48,580 nt of DNA from Minisyncoccota bacterium (GTDB lineage Bacteria; Patescibacteriota; Minisyncoccia; Phycocordibacterales; UBA9973), in assembly GCA_043718505.1 (NCBI GenBank), contig JAYSVN010000029.1, forward strand, positions 1 through 48,580. The letters run 5' to 3'. Positions 8,841 to 18,304 of the stretch are shown here, in pieces. A program made the position numbers and the translations under genes. Each line of letters begins with the position of its first letter. Position 1 is the stretch's first letter. The notes under the pieces were generated by a model. That model did no database searches. It was not told where the DNA came from and worked only from the letters and a program-made list of their open reading frames with translations.

Positions 8841-10712
8841 TTACTCAACTGTGACCGCTTTCGCTAAACCGCGAGGCTGGTCAACATCTTTACCGAGCAT
8901 ATGAGCAGTATGGTACGCCAGCAACTGAAGTGGGATTGATGCCGTAATTGCGTACAGATAATCCTTCGTCTTTGGTAATTCAATAACGTGGTCAGCCATT
9001 TCTTTTACGGTTTCATCGCCTTCAGTACACAATGCAATAATTTTTCCCTTACGAGATTTTATTTGACTCATTGCATTGAGCACTTTGTCGTACGTATCAG
9101 ACTCTTTAGTTGCAATCACAACAGTTGGCATATTCTCATCGATGAGTGCGATGATACCGTGCTTGATTTCAGCAGCGCATAATCCTTCCGCATGAATGTA
9201 CGATATCTCTTTAAGCTTCAGCGCTCCTTCGAGAGCAACCGGATATCCATAACCTCGGCCCATGTAGAGAAAATTCGGGCAATGCAGATATTGTTTGGCT
9301 ATAGCTTTGATTTCCTCAGTTTTATCAAGTAACATTTTCACTTGCTGAGGAAGACTGAGCATTGCGGCAACATGTCCCTGCATTTCCTTTTTCGTAATGA
9401 GACCTTTTTTGTAACCGATACTGAGTGCCATCATTGCAAATACTGAAACTTGAGCAGTGAAAGCTTTTGTCGAAGCCACACCAATTTCAACTCCGGCATG
9501 CGTGTAGCAACCAGCTTTGGTCAGTCTCGATAATTCTGATCCGACAACGTTGCAAATACCGAATACGTCACCAACTTTAGGTCTGGCCGTAATGAGCGCA
9601 CCGTTTGTATCAGCTGTTTGACCGGACTGAGAGACACCGATAATGACATCATCTTCATGAATAATCGGATTACGATATCTGAATTCAGATGCTGTTTCCA
9701 CCACGGTAGCAACTTTGGCAAAATCTTCAAGAAGATATTTGCCGACCATTGCTGCATGATACGACGTACCACAGCCAAGCAAAACGAAACGTCTGGCATT
9801 CAGAAATCTTTTGAAATCATCCTGAATTCCGCCAAGAACAATCTTTGACGACTTCTGGCGAATTCGGCCACGCATTGTGTCTTCGAGGCTCCTCGTCTGC
9901 TCATGAATTTCCTTGAGCATAAAGTGATCAAAACCACCTTTTTCAATCTGTTCAAGTGTCATCGTGATTTCATCCAAATAAGGAGTAATTTCACGCTGCT
10001 CAAGATCAGTGATTTTAGGAAGTTCATCAAGAATGATTGTTGCAATCTGACCGTCATCAAGATTAATTACTTTTTCAGAGTAACCAATTATTGGCCCTTC
10101 ACTTGAAGCAACTATGTATTCTTTGTAATCCATAGTGAGACCGATAACAACCGGACTCGACATTCGCGCAGCAACCAAAAGATTTGGGTAGTCTGCGTGT
10201 AGAACAACGATTGCATATGCCCCGACAATTTCATGAAGAGCAGCCCTGACCGCATCAGTGAGACTGAATGAAGGATTTTCCTTCATTATATCTGTGATAA
10301 GGAGCGGCAGAACTTCAGTGTCGGTATCACTTTTGAAAGTGTAACCTTTACGCTCAAGTAACTTCTTGAGTGCGCGATAATTTTCAATCTGACCGTTATG
10401 GACAAGAGAGATTTTATTATCAGCTGAAAGATGCGGATGCGCATTTATAACACTTGGCACACCATGTGTTGCCCAACGTGTATGACCAATACCCGCCGTT
10501 CCGTTGAGATCCACGTTGAGATTTGCATCTTGCCCGGCGATAGCCTCATTCAATTTATCAATATTACCTAACGCTTTTATTGTCGTTAGTTTTCCGTTTT
10601 TCTGGATAGTGAGACCCGCGCTATCGTAGCCGCGGTATTCAAGGGCTTTCAGTCCCTTAAGAATAACTAGCATAGCTTCTCTATGACCAATGTAAGCAGT
10701 GATTCCACACAT
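8841..10712 (-). CDS. glmS: glutamine--fructose-6-phosphate aminotransferase
   Basis: The Ntn Cys at MCGITAYIG, a glutaminase domain, then two SIS domains. It ends ...AKAVTVE. Confidence 0.95.
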   Translation of the reverse strand: MCGITAYIGHREAMLVILKGLKALEYRGYDSAGLTIQKNGKLTTIKALGNIDKLNEAIAGQDANLNVDLNGTAGIGHTRWATHGVPSVINAHPHLSADNKISLVHNGQIENYRALKKLLERKGYTFKSDTDTEVLPLLITDIMKENPSFSLTDAVRAALHEIVGAYAIVVLHADYPNLLVAARMSSPVVIGLTMDYKEYIVASSEGPIIGYSEKVINLDDGQIATIILDELPKITDLEQREITPYLDEITMTLEQIEKGGFDHFMLKEIHEQTRSLEDTMRGRIRQKSSKIVLGGIQDDFKRFLNARRFVLLGCGTSYHAAMVGKYLLEDFAKVATVVETASEFRYRNPIIHEDDVIIGVSQSGQTADTNGALITARPKVGDVFGICNVVGSELSRLTKAGCYTHAGVEIGVASTKAFTAQVSVFAMMALSIGYKKGLITKKEMQGHVAAMLSLPQQVKMLLDKTEEIKAIAKQYLHCPNFLYMGRGYGYPVALEGALKLKEISYIHAEGLCAAEIKHGIIALIDENMPTVVIATKESDTYDKVLNAMSQIKSRKGKIIALCTEGDETVKEMADHVIELPKTKDYLYAITASIPLQLLAYHTAHMLGKDVDQPRGLAKAVTVE

Positions 10713-10843
10713 TCTATTTAGTTTTTAATTGTTTTTAGGATAGTTTTGCTTAGTTATACTACTATATATTTATTTGTAAAGGGTTTAGGGAAGAGCTTGA
10801 CTTTTATAGTTTTAGGTGATATAATAAAGAAAAAGCTAAAACT

Positions 10844-11059
10844 ATGGACACTATAGCAATGATCTTTCGAAACATTTTTGATGCAGCATTTGGTAATAGG
10901 CAGCGCACAACGGTAACAATTTGCGCACTTGTTATCCTTTACTTCCTTTTTCATCCTGCTTTCTTTCAGGCATGCCTCCAATTAGTAATAATCCTCGCGA
11001 TTGTTCTATACGTAATTAAGGTAATGTTTTTTGGAACGAAAAGTAGCGGAAAAAAATGA
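10844..11059 (+). CDS. small hydrophobic hypothetical protein (71 aa)
   Basis: ORF in an otherwise empty gap; two hydrophobic helices; ends at the shared terminator. Confidence 0.25.
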   Translation: MDTIAMIFRNIFDAAFGNRQRTTVTICALVILYFLFHPAFFQACLQLVIILAIVLYVIKVMFFGTKSSGKK

Positions 11060-11075
11060 GGTACACAATTAAATA

Positions 11076-11108
11076 AAAAGCCTTGAGAAAATTCTCAGGG
11101 CTTTTTTA
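11076..11108. terminator. bidirectional terminator downstream of dnaK
   Basis: GCCTTGAGA-aaat-TCTCAGGGC hairpin flanked by an A-run and a T-run. Confidence 0.65.
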
Positions 11109-11150
11109 TTTTTACTAATTTAATTTGATGATAATGTATTGTGAGTGAAA

Positions 11151-13067
11151 TTATTTCTGTTCGCTTTCTGTCTTTGGAGTTTCAGTCGTACTTTCAGCTT
11201 TCGGTTCACTTGTGCTGTCTGCTTGCTGAGCACCTTCCGGAGCTTGCTCGCCTGTCGGCGCTGAACTAGCTTTGGCCATTTCCTCTCCAATTTTTGTAAG
11301 CGAATCAGAAAGTGCAGTTGTTGCAGTCTTTATAGCTGCCATATCAGTTCCCTCTTTAGCTGTTTTTAGTTCAGCTATTTTGCTTTCAACAAGTGACTTT
11401 GTTTCAGGTGTTGCTTTGTCGCCATAATCTTTGAGACTTTTCTCGGCAGTGAAAAGCATTTGTTCAGCCATGTTTTTTGCATCGACGAGTTCTTTCTTTT
11501 GCGCGTCTTCGGTAGCATGTGTTTCGGCTTCTTTTTTCATGCGTTCAATATCAGCATCAGTGAGACCAGAACGAGCTTCGATTCGAATCGATTGCTCTTT
11601 GCCTGAAGCTTTATCTTTTGCCTTCACCTGGAGAATTCCGTTGGCATCAACATCAAACATGACTTCGATTTGAGGCATGCCGCGTTGAGATGGTGGTATG
11701 CCATCGAGAATAAATCGGCCCAGTGATTTGTTGTCGGCAGCCATAGGTCGCTCGCCTTGGACAATATGAATTTCGACTTGGGTTTGATTGTCGGCTGCGG
11801 TTGAAAATACTTGCGACTTAGAAGTCGGAATAGTCATGTTGCGTTCAACAAGCTTGGTCGCAACACCGCCTAGTGTTTCGATACCAAGTGAAAGAGGAAT
11901 GACATCGAGCAAGAGAACATCTTTAACATCACCCTGCAAGACACCGGCTTGCACAGCTGCACCGAGCGCTACAACTTCATCCGGATTGATCGAGCGATTT
12001 GGATCTTTGCCGAAAAACTTCTTCACTTCTTCAATCATCTTCGGCATGCGAGTCTGGCCACCAACAAGAATAATTTCATTGATGTCAGCGATTTTGAAAG
12101 GTGACGCTTCCATAGCACGCTTGGTAATCATCATGGCGCGAGCGATAAAGTCATCAGCAATTTCCTCAAGCTTGGCACGAGTCATTTTCATGAGCAAGTG
12201 CTGAGGGCCTTCGGCAGTTGAAGTGATGAATGGAATATTGATTTCAGTTTCATTGGTCGTCGAAAGTTCGATCTTGGCTTTTTCTGCCGCTTCATCGAGA
12301 CGCTGTAGTGCAAGCGGATCTTTTGAAACGTCCACGCCTGACTCCTTCTTATATTCATCCGCGATGTAGCGAATAATTTTTTTATCGATATCACGTCCGC
12401 CGAGGTGGTGGTCACCGTCGGTTGATTTTACTTCGATCACGTCGTTGCCAACTTCGAGCACAGAAACGTCGAACGTACCGCCGCCAAAGTCGAAGACCAC
12501 AATTTTTTCATCTTTTTTTGTTGAAAAACCGTATGCCAGAGCGGCAGCCGTTGGCTCGTTGATGATACGCATGACTTCAAGACCGGCAATGGCGCCAGCA
12601 TCTTTTGTAGCTTTGCGTTGCGCGTCGTTGAAGTAGGCCGGAACTGTAATGACGGCCTGGGTAATTTTCTCTCCGAGCTTGGCTTCAGCATCAGTTTTGA
12701 GTTTACCGAGAATCATCGCCGAAATTTCTTCCGGGCGATATGCTGCGCCGCCAATATTGGCTTTGACACCGCCATCATCGGAACGTTCAATTTTGTAGCT
12801 TGCGGTTTCTTTGTCTGAATTGAGTTCAGGATCTTCGAAGCGATGACCCATGAAGCGCTTGATGCCGTAGATAGTGTTTTGCGGATTGGTGACGGCCTGG
12901 CGCTTGGCGAGCTGACCGACGAGTCGCTCACCTGTTTTTGAAATTGCCACAACAGACGGCGTGGTGCGCTGACCTTCAGCATTTTCAATTATTTTCGGCT
13001 GACCGCCTTCGATGATGGCGATAGCTGAGTTTGTAGTTCCTAAGTCGATTCCGATTATTTTTGACAT
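11151..13067 (-). CDS. dnaK: molecular chaperone DnaK (Hsp70)
   Basis: [18 protein letters not shown] and the remaining Hsp70 signatures across the full length; 638 aa with an acidic C-terminus. Confidence 0.97.
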   Translation of the reverse strand: MSKIIGIDLGTTNSAIAIIEGGQPKIIENAEGQRTTPSVVAISKTGERLVGQLAKRQAVTNPQNTIYGIKRFMGHRFEDPELNSDKETASYKIERSDDGGVKANIGGAAYRPEEISAMILGKLKTDAEAKLGEKITQAVITVPAYFNDAQRKATKDAGAIAGLEVMRIINEPTAAALAYGFSTKKDEKIVVFDFGGGTFDVSVLEVGNDVIEVKSTDGDHHLGGRDIDKKIIRYIADEYKKESGVDVSKDPLALQRLDEAAEKAKIELSTTNETEINIPFITSTAEGPQHLLMKMTRAKLEEIADDFIARAMMITKRAMEASPFKIADINEIILVGGQTRMPKMIEEVKKFFGKDPNRSINPDEVVALGAAVQAGVLQGDVKDVLLLDVIPLSLGIETLGGVATKLVERNMTIPTSKSQVFSTAADNQTQVEIHIVQGERPMAADNKSLGRFILDGIPPSQRGMPQIEVMFDVDANGILQVKAKDKASGKEQSIRIEARSGLTDADIERMKKEAETHATEDAQKKELVDAKNMAEQMLFTAEKSLKDYGDKATPETKSLVESKIAELKTAKEGTDMAAIKTATTALSDSLTKIGEEMAKASSAPTGEQAPEGAQQADSTSEPKAESTTETPKTESEQK

Positions 13068-13097
13068 ATGATTTTTAATTAATTAATTTATAAAAGA

Positions 13098-13553
13098 TTA
13101 TGTGTTACTAATTGCAAAGACTAAAAAAGTAATGATTGCACTAGTAAAAATAATTAATCCCGCCCATTGGAAGAAAATTTGTATATTTCTTACTGTAAAC
13201 CACTTAATTTTCCAGATGGGTTTTCGTCCCACACTTGTATAATTATTTGATGGATTTATGCCCTTTGCCATAGTTTCATTTATATGTTTTTGCTCTATTC
13301 CACATATTCGTATTACCAATAGACATGAGACCCCGATAGCGAAAGCTGCACTAGCAAACATTATCCATGACCAATGCAAAATATCAGACCGTAGTATATT
13401 TTCAGAATTTTTAACAAAACCAAAAGAAAAGCCTATCGCACCCAAAGAAATCGTAAAAATCCAGTGATCTATAAAATCTGAAATTTTTTGCATAACTGAA
13501 CCTTGTTCTCTAAAATTCTGGTGCCATCTATTTTCTAATTCTTGATTTAGCAT
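13098..13553 (-). CDS. hypothetical membrane protein
   Basis: 151 aa with three predicted TM helices; no family recognised. Confidence 0.4.
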   Translation of the reverse strand: MLNQELENRWHQNFREQGSVMQKISDFIDHWIFTISLGAIGFSFGFVKNSENILRSDILHWSWIMFASAAFAIGVSCLLVIRICGIEQKHINETMAKGINPSNNYTSVGRKPIWKIKWFTVRNIQIFFQWAGLIIFTSAIITFLVFAISNT

Positions 13554-13590
13554 AATTTGTATTTAATTTATAACTTTTCCGCGTCTACAC

Positions 13591-13872
13591 TTACTTCTTC
13601 TCACTTCCCGCTTTAAAATCCGCTGACTGAAATGGGCTTGGAATTTCTGGAGCAGTCATATCTATTTCGCCAAACTGCTTTTCATAATTTGCTATCTGTT
13701 CAGAAAAAAACAGGGCAATACTTTTGGCGACCTTCGGCGTGGTGGCGTATGGATCGAGGTTGTTGCCTGATGTCATGCAAAACATGACGGCTTCTTTATT
13801 AAATGCGCCGAGTGCGCCGTCACAGAATTTTTTTGGCAATTGGTTAAAGTCTACTTTTGTTGGGTCTACCAT
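13591..13872 (-). CDS. DUF3467-like small protein
   Basis: 93 aa ending ...YEKQFGEI, the characteristic DUF3467 C-terminal pattern. Confidence 0.45.
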   Translation of the reverse strand: MVDPTKVDFNQLPKKFCDGALGAFNKEAVMFCMTSGNNLDPYATTPKVAKSIALFFSEQIANYEKQFGEIDMTAPEIPSPFQSADFKAGSEKK

Positions 13873-14038
13873 ATGATTTTTAAATAAATTATTTTAATAA
13901 ATTTTTATTAATAACTAATAATTTCTCAAATATGCGTTTGTGTAGCCAAATTATATACTTACCCATTTATTTTGACAAGCTTTTCGTGACCACCAATTCC
14001 TTGTCAAATACAATATAACATAATAAAATGAAGCTGTA

Positions 14039-14596
14039 ATGAAGAAAAACAACCCCCAATCTGCCATTTTAAAGGTCCTGGGTCGCAAAAAAGCCCTATC
14101 TTTGGACAAACTCAAGTCTGAGTCGGAAACTGCTCTCTTGGGCGATTTTAAAGGCCAATATAAGGGCACCACCAAGCCTTCATATGCGGTTGGACGGGCA
14201 ATAAAGGCCATGATCGATACTGGTCTAGCGGAAGTGCTTTCGGCTGGGCAAAGTGACTTTGTGCGCATCACAGCTGCCGGTCGCGAGAAGCTTTACCGAG
14301 ATGAACTTTCGAGCACGAGCATGCCAATTTCTCGCACCTGGGACGGCAAGTGGCGCCTCGTTATGATTGACCTACCGGAAGATCGCAAAAACGAGCGCGA
14401 GGCTTTGCGCTACTTACTCAAGAAAGCCGGTTTTGAACTTTTGAAAAATTCGGTCTGGGTTTCCCCTTTTCCTTTTGAGCAATTTTTTACCAATATTAAA
14501 AAAGATCTGGGCCTAACGACGGAGATGATGATTGTGGTGACGGATACGATTGATACTGAAACTGAGAAAGTGCTTTTTGAGGTTTTTGGGAAATAA
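14039..14596 (+). CDS. PaaX-family-like transcriptional regulator
   Basis: N-terminal wHTH-like region and a C-terminal WDGKWRLVMIDLPEDRKNEREALRYLLKKAGFELLKNSVWVSP block resembling PaaX_C. Confidence 0.5.
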   Translation: MKKNNPQSAILKVLGRKKALSLDKLKSESETALLGDFKGQYKGTTKPSYAVGRAIKAMIDTGLAEVLSAGQSDFVRITAAGREKLYRDELSSTSMPISRTWDGKWRLVMIDLPEDRKNEREALRYLLKKAGFELLKNSVWVSPFPFEQFFTNIKKDLGLTTEMMIVVTDTIDTETEKVLFEVFGK

Positions 14597-14613
14597 AAAT
14601 AGCAACCTGTAAA

Positions 14614-14868
14614 TTACTTTGGGTGAACGTTTTTGTAAGTGTTTTCAGATCTACGCTCAATGGTGTCAATGTGATTACCAGAAATCCTCAGGGTAAAGAT
14701 TACTCGGAAAGATCCCTTGCGAACACGAAAAATATCTTTGGTTCCCGCAAGCTTTTTTACATCCAGTCCTGCTAAATTATCAACTTCAATCTTATCCACC
14801 AATGCAGACAAATATTTATGTTCCCTTGGCGAAACCTTTGCCAAAAGTTTTTTGATTGCATCCGGCAT
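14614..14868 (-). CDS. type II toxin, RelE/ParE family
   Basis: 84 aa; the FRVRKGSFRVIFTLRISGNHIDTIERRSENTYK region matches the RelE/ParE core (R..G.YR(V/I)I(F/Y)....I.I..I.HR). Confidence 0.7.
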   Translation of the reverse strand: MPDAIKKLLAKVSPREHKYLSALVDKIEVDNLAGLDVKKLAGTKDIFRVRKGSFRVIFTLRISGNHIDTIERRSENTYKNVHPK

Positions 14869-14871
14869 ATA

Positions 14872-15120
14872 TTACTTTTTGAGAGATTTTCTAAGGATAG
14901 CAGCTAATTTTTTTGCCGAGATTCCTCCGCCCGGCATAGATCTAAAATCCCCAATAGTCTCCCAAACCTCTTCCACGGGTTCGAGACGAAATACCGGTCG
15001 TGAGCGTTTAACTACGAGAAAACTTGCACCTTTTTCTAGGGCATCAATATATTTTTTAGCATTAAGACGAAATTCTTTGAACGGAACAATTTGTTCTTTT
15101 GTAGTCATTTTTCTTTTCAT
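14872..15120 (-). CDS. type II antitoxin, Phd/YefM family
   Basis: 82 aa encoded directly upstream of the toxin with a 3-nt gap. KEFRLNAKKYIDALEKGASFLVVKRSRPVFRLEPVEE matches the Phd/YefM fold pattern. Confidence 0.65.
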   Translation of the reverse strand: MKRKMTTKEQIVPFKEFRLNAKKYIDALEKGASFLVVKRSRPVFRLEPVEEVWETIGDFRSMPGGGISAKKLAAILRKSLKK

Positions 15121-15274
15121 TCTTAAAGTTTATCTTTAGTTAAACTTTAAGTCAATTAGTTTTAAGCTGCCCTTTTGCCGAGGCTACCCATAGCCTACCA
15201 TTACGGTATGAAATATTGTTTAAGAAATAATAAACTTTTTTGACTTTATTGCCCTGTGCGCTACTATTAAGTAT

Positions 15275-15556
15275 ATGTTTAAAGAAAATAATGAAGAAAA
15301 TTTAGTGGGTCCACGCGCGGGTGAAGGTGAGATACTTAAGTCAGATACAATGCAGTCTGAAGACGGACAGCCGCTATGGATGGCATTGCTTGATGATATT
15401 CATGCGATAACTCTTAAGCCAGAAGAAGTGAACGAAGCTAAGAATAAACTTTCAAAGCTTATGGGTGAACGCGAAGCTGACGTAAAAGCTTGTATGAATA
15501 TGCCAATTATTGAATGCAGGAAGTCATTGCTGAATATTGAAGAGGAAGTTGTTTAA
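15275..15556 (+). CDS. hypothetical acidic protein (93 aa)
   Basis: ORF only; its 3' end overlaps the grpE stop by 4 nt in convergent orientation. Confidence 0.3.
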   Translation: MFKENNEENLVGPRAGEGEILKSDTMQSEDGQPLWMALLDDIHAITLKPEEVNEAKNKLSKLMGEREADVKACMNMPIIECRKSLLNIEEEVV

Positions 15557-16134
15557 TTCCGATATTCAAATACATTTACTCTGGCCGGTCGGAAAATCTT
15601 GTCGCCATTTTTATATCCTTTTTGAATAACCTGGACCACGGTATGGTCTTTTGATTGTTCGTCGGTTGTTATCGCACTCATAGCTTCATGCATATTCGGA
15701 TCAACAGAATCACCAACTGTAACGGCAATTTCTTCAATTCCCTGCTCGCTGAGCACTTTGAGTAATTGCTGATGAATGTACTCCACACCTGTACGCCAAT
15801 TTTTGTCGACTTTTTCCCAGGCTTCTTTATTTGAGAAAGCCATATCGTATGCGTCGAGAACAGGCAAAAGTTCTTCGGCAAAATGTTCTTTGGCCATAGT
15901 TTCAATACGGCGATTGTGCTCAATTTCGCCTTTTTTATAGTTCATGAAATCGGCTCGCTCGCGTTGCCAGCTGGTCAGATATTCCTGCTTTTCTTTTTCG
16001 GCTTCGCGAAGTTGCTTGCGGAGTTTTTTGAGTGTGGCCTTGATGTCCTCTTCGCCGTCGGCATTGTATTCAAATTCAACGATGTCCTCATCGTCTTCGG
16101 GTGGAATATTATTTTTGAGTTCGTCGTCAGTCAT
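15553..16134 (-). CDS. grpE: nucleotide exchange factor GrpE
   Basis: Acidic N-terminus, coiled-coil, then the GrpE C-terminal beta domain (...KGYKNGDKIFRPARVNVFEY). Confidence 0.9.
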   Translation of the reverse strand: MTDDELKNNIPPEDDEDIVEFEYNADGEEDIKATLKKLRKQLREAEKEKQEYLTSWQRERADFMNYKKGEIEHNRRIETMAKEHFAEELLPVLDAYDMAFSNKEAWEKVDKNWRTGVEYIHQQLLKVLSEQGIEEIAVTVGDSVDPNMHEAMSAITTDEQSKDHTVVQVIQKGYKNGDKIFRPARVNVFEYRN

Positions 16135-16147
16135 GAGGCAATTATAC

Positions 16148-16882
16148 TTACATTGAGATTTGTTTCAACGTCACCTCTCGATCACTATCACTACGGGCCG
16201 CGGCTTTTAATTTTGCAGCATCTGTCACCCATGTCGTTCCGTTCCAATATTCCAGATTTTGAAAATTAGTTTTATATAAAGCTTTTTCGCCGTAGACGGT
16301 GCCGAGATAATAGTGGGTCTTGCCTAATTGCTTTGCGGATTGGTTACGTTGAATCATGAGCCACATACCGAGAGATTGAAAAGCATATGATAGATCATAA
16401 AAAGAAAACCAGAAGTGGCCCATCGTATTGTCACTATTTTCAATGACATAGGCAATTTTTTCGCCGTTCTTATTTCTATATACTGCAACAGCCGAATTAA
16501 GATCAGCACTTAAAATATGGATCAGTCTCTCGCGACTCATAACATCTTTGCCGTGCCGCTCTTCAAAATAGCGCAGACAAAATGCAATAGCTTCTTCATC
16601 CGCTAATAATGCCTGGGCAGAAATGGTATCAACAGTAAACATATTTTCAAATTTTTTCCAAATGCGGCGATTCTCGCTTGATTGTGAAAACGTAGCAAGC
16701 GGCACCCTGGCACTTCTTGCTAAATAAAATCTGTTCTTTATGCCAATACTTCCTGAATATGGCAGGAAGCCAAGATTATATATTTCCGACAGAGAATCTC
16801 CCTGCTCAAGATCCAGCAGGATTTTATAGCCAAATGAATACGTTTTATATGAATGGCAAAATTCTTCATTAAATATTTTCAT
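16148..16882 (-). CDS. arginyltransferase-family (Bpt/ATE C-terminal domain) protein
   Basis: C-terminal HYYLGTVYGEKALYKTNFQNLEYWNGTTW matches the ATE_C pattern (YlGY...YK..F.P.E.L..G.W). Confidence 0.5.
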   Translation of the reverse strand: MKIFNEEFCHSYKTYSFGYKILLDLEQGDSLSEIYNLGFLPYSGSIGIKNRFYLARSARVPLATFSQSSENRRIWKKFENMFTVDTISAQALLADEEAIAFCLRYFEERHGKDVMSRERLIHILSADLNSAVAVYRNKNGEKIAYVIENSDNTMGHFWFSFYDLSYAFQSLGMWLMIQRNQSAKQLGKTHYYLGTVYGEKALYKTNFQNLEYWNGTTWVTDAAKLKAAARSDSDREVTLKQISM

Positions 16883-16906
16883 ATGCTTTAATTATGTTCA
16901 AATTGC

Positions 16907-17608
16907 TTAATCATTTTCATACTGTTTTCGCAAATTTTCCAAATCAGATATTGTATTGACCGGATACCATGTTTGCATGTCGACTACTTTGAGTGGATAT
17001 GAACCAAGATTTTCTAAAAACATTTGTGGTAAACCGAATTCGCCGTCGTTTATTTCAACCGGTTTAAAATCAAAAATGGCTGAATCTAGTACGTAGGTTC
17101 CGGTAGCAATATCAGCGCCATCACGTTTTTCGTCTTCTGTTTGGCTTTTTCGAAAACCCAAAAAATTTTGCTGCTGATCTCTCTCTACAGCATAGTATGC
17201 CGGCATTATTTTTTTACAGACACCTAGTGCCCTATTCTCAGCGATAAGTCTTTGGAGGCTTTCTTTGTCGACAATATCGTCGCCACTGAGAATAAGGAAG
17301 TGTTCACTCTTTATATGTGGCTTTGCCGAGAGCAAAGCTCCGAACGTACCTTTTATATCCCCTTGTACAGCAAAAATTAATTCTTTCTTCAGATTTTTTT
17401 CATGAAAATATGCTTGTAGGTATGACTGGAGTAATTCTTTAAGATGATCGACTACAACAATCACCCGGTCAATTTCTTCAGGCAAAGCTTCAAGTACAAA
17501 ATCTATAATTTTTCTGGTTGAAGTAACTTCGAGAAGTGGCTTTGGAGTAGTTTCAGTATGTGGTCTTAGTCTTTTCCCTTTTCCTGCGGCAAAAATGATT
17601 GCGTCCAT
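16907..17608 (-). CDS. sugar-phosphate nucleotidyltransferase (NTP_transferase family)
   Basis: MDAIIFAAGKGKRLRP...PKPLL and ILSGDDIV motifs. Confidence 0.8.
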   Translation of the reverse strand: MDAIIFAAGKGKRLRPHTETTPKPLLEVTSTRKIIDFVLEALPEEIDRVIVVVDHLKELLQSYLQAYFHEKNLKKELIFAVQGDIKGTFGALLSAKPHIKSEHFLILSGDDIVDKESLQRLIAENRALGVCKKIMPAYYAVERDQQQNFLGFRKSQTEDEKRDGADIATGTYVLDSAIFDFKPVEINDGEFGLPQMFLENLGSYPLKVVDMQTWYPVNTISDLENLRKQYEND

Positions 17609-17627
17609 AATGTATAGTATACCTAAA

Positions 17628-17657
17628 TAAAAAACCGGCCCAAATATGCCGGTTTTA
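17628..17657 (-). terminator. rho-independent terminator after the NUDIX gene
   Basis: ACCGGC-ccaaatat-GCCGGT hairpin with a plus-strand A-run upstream, i.e. a T-run on the minus strand. Confidence 0.55.
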
Positions 17658-17672
17658 ATGCAATCCTAATAA

Positions 17673-18266
17673 TTAAACCTCAATGAGCGGAGAATTAACT
17701 GCTTGTGAAATCGAAACTTTGTCTGAAAGTCTGGCAATAATAGTTTCTTTTTCCTTTGACTGCCTCCAGCGCAAATAGTGACAAATCATTCTTAAATAAC
17801 CAAGGCCGATTGTGTTTTTTTCCTCATCTCGAGTAAGCGAGATAATTTCTTCATGTGAAAAATACTTATACTCAGTAAGTTCCTCCGATGGTTTTGGTTC
17901 GCCTTTATATTTTTTGGCACGAAACAAAAATACAACACCGTTAGTCTCTGGTACACCAATGACTATTTGCATAAAAGTAGCAACCAACTCTAAGTCTTTT
18001 TCAAAGAAATGAATACCGGTTTCTTCTGCCATTTCAGTACAGGCGGCATGGCAAGGATGTTCACCTCGCTCAATACTTCCACCAGGGAGCATATATCGGT
18101 ACTTGCCATCAGTTTGGCTTGCATAGCCGCTCAAACCAAGAAGAATTTCACCTTTCTCATTTTCGTATATAAGATTAGCTCCATTCAACTTCTTAACATT
18201 TTCTTTATATGTTCTTCGGGCTTCTACCTTTCCGTTTTTGCCGTCAAGTAATTCTTTAGTCTCCAT
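17673..18266 (-). CDS. NUDIX hydrolase
   Basis: Nudix box LPGGSIERGEHPCHAACTEMAEETGI. Confidence 0.85.
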   Translation of the reverse strand: METKELLDGKNGKVEARRTYKENVKKLNGANLIYENEKGEILLGLSGYASQTDGKYRYMLPGGSIERGEHPCHAACTEMAEETGIHFFEKDLELVATFMQIVIGVPETNGVVFLFRAKKYKGEPKPSEELTEYKYFSHEEIISLTRDEEKNTIGLGYLRMICHYLRWRQSKEKETIIARLSDKVSISQAVNSPLIEV

Positions 18267-18304
18267 ATTATGTAGTTTTATTTAGTGCTTTACTTTGACT
18301 GTAA

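Noticed and set aside
13068-13097. CIRCE/HrcA operator upstream of dnaK, and likewise upstream of grpE and clpB
   Set aside because: I looked for TTAGCACTC-N9-GAGTGCTAA-like inverted repeats in the short upstream regions and found none.
15070-15095. Second LexA-box-like palindrome GAACAATTTGTTC
   Set aside because: The spacing is N5 rather than N4, and it lies inside the antitoxin coding sequence, so it is probably a fortuitous palindrome.
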